51,189 nucleotides of DNA from Lentisphaerales bacterium. Lineage in GTDB: Bacteria; Verrucomicrobiota; Kiritimatiellia; SPBP01. Within the stretch, counting starts at the first letter, position 1, and the number at the start of each line of letters is the position of its first letter. Made by a program: the position numbers and the translations under genes. Below, piece by piece: positions 48,909-51,189 of the stretch. The notes below the pieces were generated by a model. That model was not told the DNA's origin and made no database searches. It was given only the letters and a program-made list of their open reading frames with translations. The stretch spans positions 1-51,189 of the forward strand of contig JAQBFM010000060.1 of NCBI GenBank assembly GCA_032123355.1, given 5' to 3'.

Positions 48909-50638
48909 AGCACCATCTAACAGAAGAAGAACTCATCGGACTCCAGTTCAAGCTTCTCAATGAGGCCGATGCCCTCGAATTGCGCGAACATCTCGACGAA
49001 TGCGCTCGGTGTAAACAGGAACTTTCCGTCTTGAAACGGAAGTTCTCCACCTTGGACGCACTGCGTGGAGATGTCGATGTCTCCGAGAATGCAGTCGCTG
49101 AACTCATGCTTCGGGTCAAAGCCGAGCCGACAAAGATACTCAGGTTCCCCACGTGGCTCGTAGCCCTCAGCGGAGCCGCCGCGTTAATCCTGTTCCTGCT
49201 GGTCCTCGGGCCGTGGCGGAACAGGCAGGGCGGGCTCGGGATTGGCGAAGGTGACGACTACGTCGAAGTCGCCGATGCCGATGAGGTCAAGGCCTTGCGT
49301 GCCGAAGACGCATTCCTGCCCGGCAGTAACATTGAACTGAACGTACTTCCCACCCGCGATGGCGTACAGGTAACCATATACAACTCCGCGGATCTCACGC
49401 TTGTACGCGAACGCCGCGATCTCACCCTCAAGAAGGGTTGGAACTGGCTTCAATTCATGTGGGCCAATACTCTTATTGATCCCACGTCTCTTTCCATGCA
49501 GCCCTTGAAGCACAGGGATAAGATAGAAGTCCAGGAACTCACATTCCCTCCGCGCGTCCGTGAACTCGGGCGCTGGCTCATATTCTCGCAGGTCAGCGGC
49601 AAGGTCCCCATGGAAATCACCTACCTCACCAGCGGCCTCTCATGGCGCGCATTCTACATGGGCACACTCGCGCGGGACGAGAAGACCATGCAGCTCCAGG
49701 GTTATGTCCGAGTCACGAACAACAGTGGCGAAGATTATGAAGATGCCCAGACCCGCCTCATAGTCGGCCAGGTACATCTCCTCGATCAAATCGCCGATCT
49801 CGCACGGCGCAAATATCCCTACAGCCGACCACTGCTTTCCGGTTGGGGCGAGGGCGGCGGCGACACCGGACTGGTTGGCGGTCTATACGATGATGCGAGC
49901 GAAGAACAATTCGGGTTCGATGCCGATGGTACTGGCTCCGGGATGGACGACTATGCTTTTAGGAAGCCCAAGGAAATCAAGAAGGAAGGGCTCAGCGAGT
50001 ATTTCCTCTATACCATAGAAGGGACTGAGACGATTCCGAACGGCTGGGGCAAGCGTCTGCCCTCATTCGACTTCTCCGATATTCCCGTCGTCAGCCTCTA
50101 TAAGTATGATGAAGAACAATACGGTTCCGAGCCCGTCCGGTTCGTAGCCTTTGCCAACGACGAAGACCATAAGCTTGGCCAGACCCCGATTCCCAACGGA
50201 CGAATCCGCATCTATCGGTATGCCGACGCAGAGCAGTATCTTTCGTACGTTGGTGGCTCGGAAGCCAAGTACATTCCCATCGACGAAGACATCGAGCTCA
50301 ACCTCGGCCCCGCCCGCCAGATCAAGGTTGAGCCGAACCTGATGGAATATCGCACCGAGAACTTCATGTATGACAACAACGGAAACATCAACGGCTGGGA
50401 CGAGATCAGGACCTGGAAACTGGAACTTGCCAACACCCGTGAACTACGCGTCAAGCTCGAGCTCACTCGTGGGTTCGGCACCGCCTATTGGGCCCTTGAA
50501 ACCGGCAGACAATCAGGCTACGAGAAACATGACGCAACTCACGCCCGTTTCACCGTCGAACTCAAGCCCCGCTCGAAACTGGATCTGGAATACACAGTAC
50601 GCACATATCACGGAACAAGAGAACAAGCCGCCAGGTAG
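48905..50638 (+). CDS. Zinc-finger anti-sigma factor fused via a TM helix to a DUF4139-like domain
   Basis: HLDECARC (HxxxCxxC), TM helix, then VTIYNSADLTLVRE, YLTSGLSWRAFY, VTNNSGEDY; ATGA overlap with the sigma gene. Confidence 0.8.
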   Translation: MKHHLTEEELIGLQFKLLNEADALELREHLDECARCKQELSVLKRKFSTLDALRGDVDVSENAVAELMLRVKAEPTKILRFPTWLVALSGAAALILFLLVLGPWRNRQGGLGIGEGDDYVEVADADEVKALRAEDAFLPGSNIELNVLPTRDGVQVTIYNSADLTLVRERRDLTLKKGWNWLQFMWANTLIDPTSLSMQPLKHRDKIEVQELTFPPRVRELGRWLIFSQVSGKVPMEITYLTSGLSWRAFYMGTLARDEKTMQLQGYVRVTNNSGEDYEDAQTRLIVGQVHLLDQIADLARRKYPYSRPLLSGWGEGGGDTGLVGGLYDDASEEQFGFDADGTGSGMDDYAFRKPKEIKKEGLSEYFLYTIEGTETIPNGWGKRLPSFDFSDIPVVSLYKYDEEQYGSEPVRFVAFANDEDHKLGQTPIPNGRIRIYRYADAEQYLSYVGGSEAKYIPIDEDIELNLGPARQIKVEPNLMEYRTENFMYDNNGNINGWDEIRTWKLELANTRELRVKLELTRGFGTAYWALETGRQSGYEKHDATHARFTVELKPRSKLDLEYTVRTYHGTREQAAR

Positions 50639-50639
50639 A

Positions 50640-50857
50640 ACTGAAATGCAACCGCTGATGAAGACTAGCCACGAAAAGGCACAAGCGGCACAGAGGTGGC
50701 TCGCGGTGTCCCATCGCGAGCCGGAAGAAGCACACGCCTTGCCCCTTCAGGCCACCGGAGTTGCTCGGCCAAATCCGCAATGCAAACTGCTTGCAAGCCC
50801 ACACCACCAGATCCGAAGGCGCCACCCATCGGCGTTCATCGGCGGTTGCTTTTCAGT
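50640..50857. mobile_element. MITE-like element with 23-bp terminal inverted repeats
   Basis: ACTGAAATGCAACCGCTGATGAA (50640-50662) versus TTCATCGGCGGTTGCTTTTCAGT (50835-50857), 21/23 complementary; begins in AACTG right after the TAG stop. Confidence 0.65.
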
Positions 50858-50896
50858 GCACCCGACATCTGACACTCGACACGAAAGGAAAACACA

Positions 50897-51189
50897 ATGA
50901 AACACAAGATTGCACTACTGCTGCTGACAGCCATGCTGGCCGTCCCGGCACATGCCAAGGTTGACCTCGTAACACTGCCCACACGGGAAGCAGTCCAGGT
51001 CACGATATACAACTCCGCTGACCTCACGCTCGTCCGCGAGAGCAGGGCACTCACGCTCAAGAACGGACTCAACAAGCTCCAGTTCTCCTGGGCCAACACC
51101 CTCATCGATCCCACCAGCCTCGAGATGCTCGCCAAGTCGAATGCCGACAAGATCGACATCCTCGAGCTCACCTATCCGCCACGTGTCAA
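50897..51189 (+). CDS. Secreted DUF4139-like protein, 5' part (runs off window)
   Basis: Hand-translated MKHKIALLLLTAMLAVPAHA-KVDLVTLPTREAVQVTIYNSADLTLVRE..LQFSWANTLIDPTSL; paralogous to the upstream gene; AAAGGA SD. Confidence 0.85.
   Translation, partial: MKHKIALLLLTAMLAVPAHAKVDLVTLPTREAVQVTIYNSADLTLVRESRALTLKNGLNKLQFSWANTLIDPTSLEMLAKSNADKIDILELTYPPRV

Overview
Gram-negative bacterial chromosomal window; the gene content suggests a PVC-superphylum lineage such as Kiritimatiellae/Lentisphaerae (inference, not established). Left to right: the 3' end of a probable pilin gene; a type IV pilus locus (tandem pilB/gspE ATPases plus a PAS-PAS-HisKA protein, divergent from pilMNOP-lipoprotein-pilQ) with adjacent signalling genes (membrane pseudokinase, hybrid kinase with two receivers); panC; a GT-C/TPR glycosyltransferase overlapping a tRNA(CAT); DUF362, lpxL-like and dapL; a minus-strand tolQRAB-pal-tatA/B-tatC-xylulokinase run; a 20-aa lysine-rich micro-ORF with its own promoter, structured leader and terminator; ROK/PIG-L/nagB; folE; arnT-like-arnBCAD; MFS, MGMT, lipoprotein and WD40 genes; and an ECF sigma / anti-sigma-DUF4139-like fusion / second DUF4139-like gene. 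The most unusual signal is non-coding: intergenic regions from 41.6 to 50.9 kb are built from short-tandem-repeat modules punctuated by CAGTT/AACTG, two of them starting right after stop codons, with inverted-repeat versions and REP doublets. Family assignments come from motif recognition by eye, not database searches.
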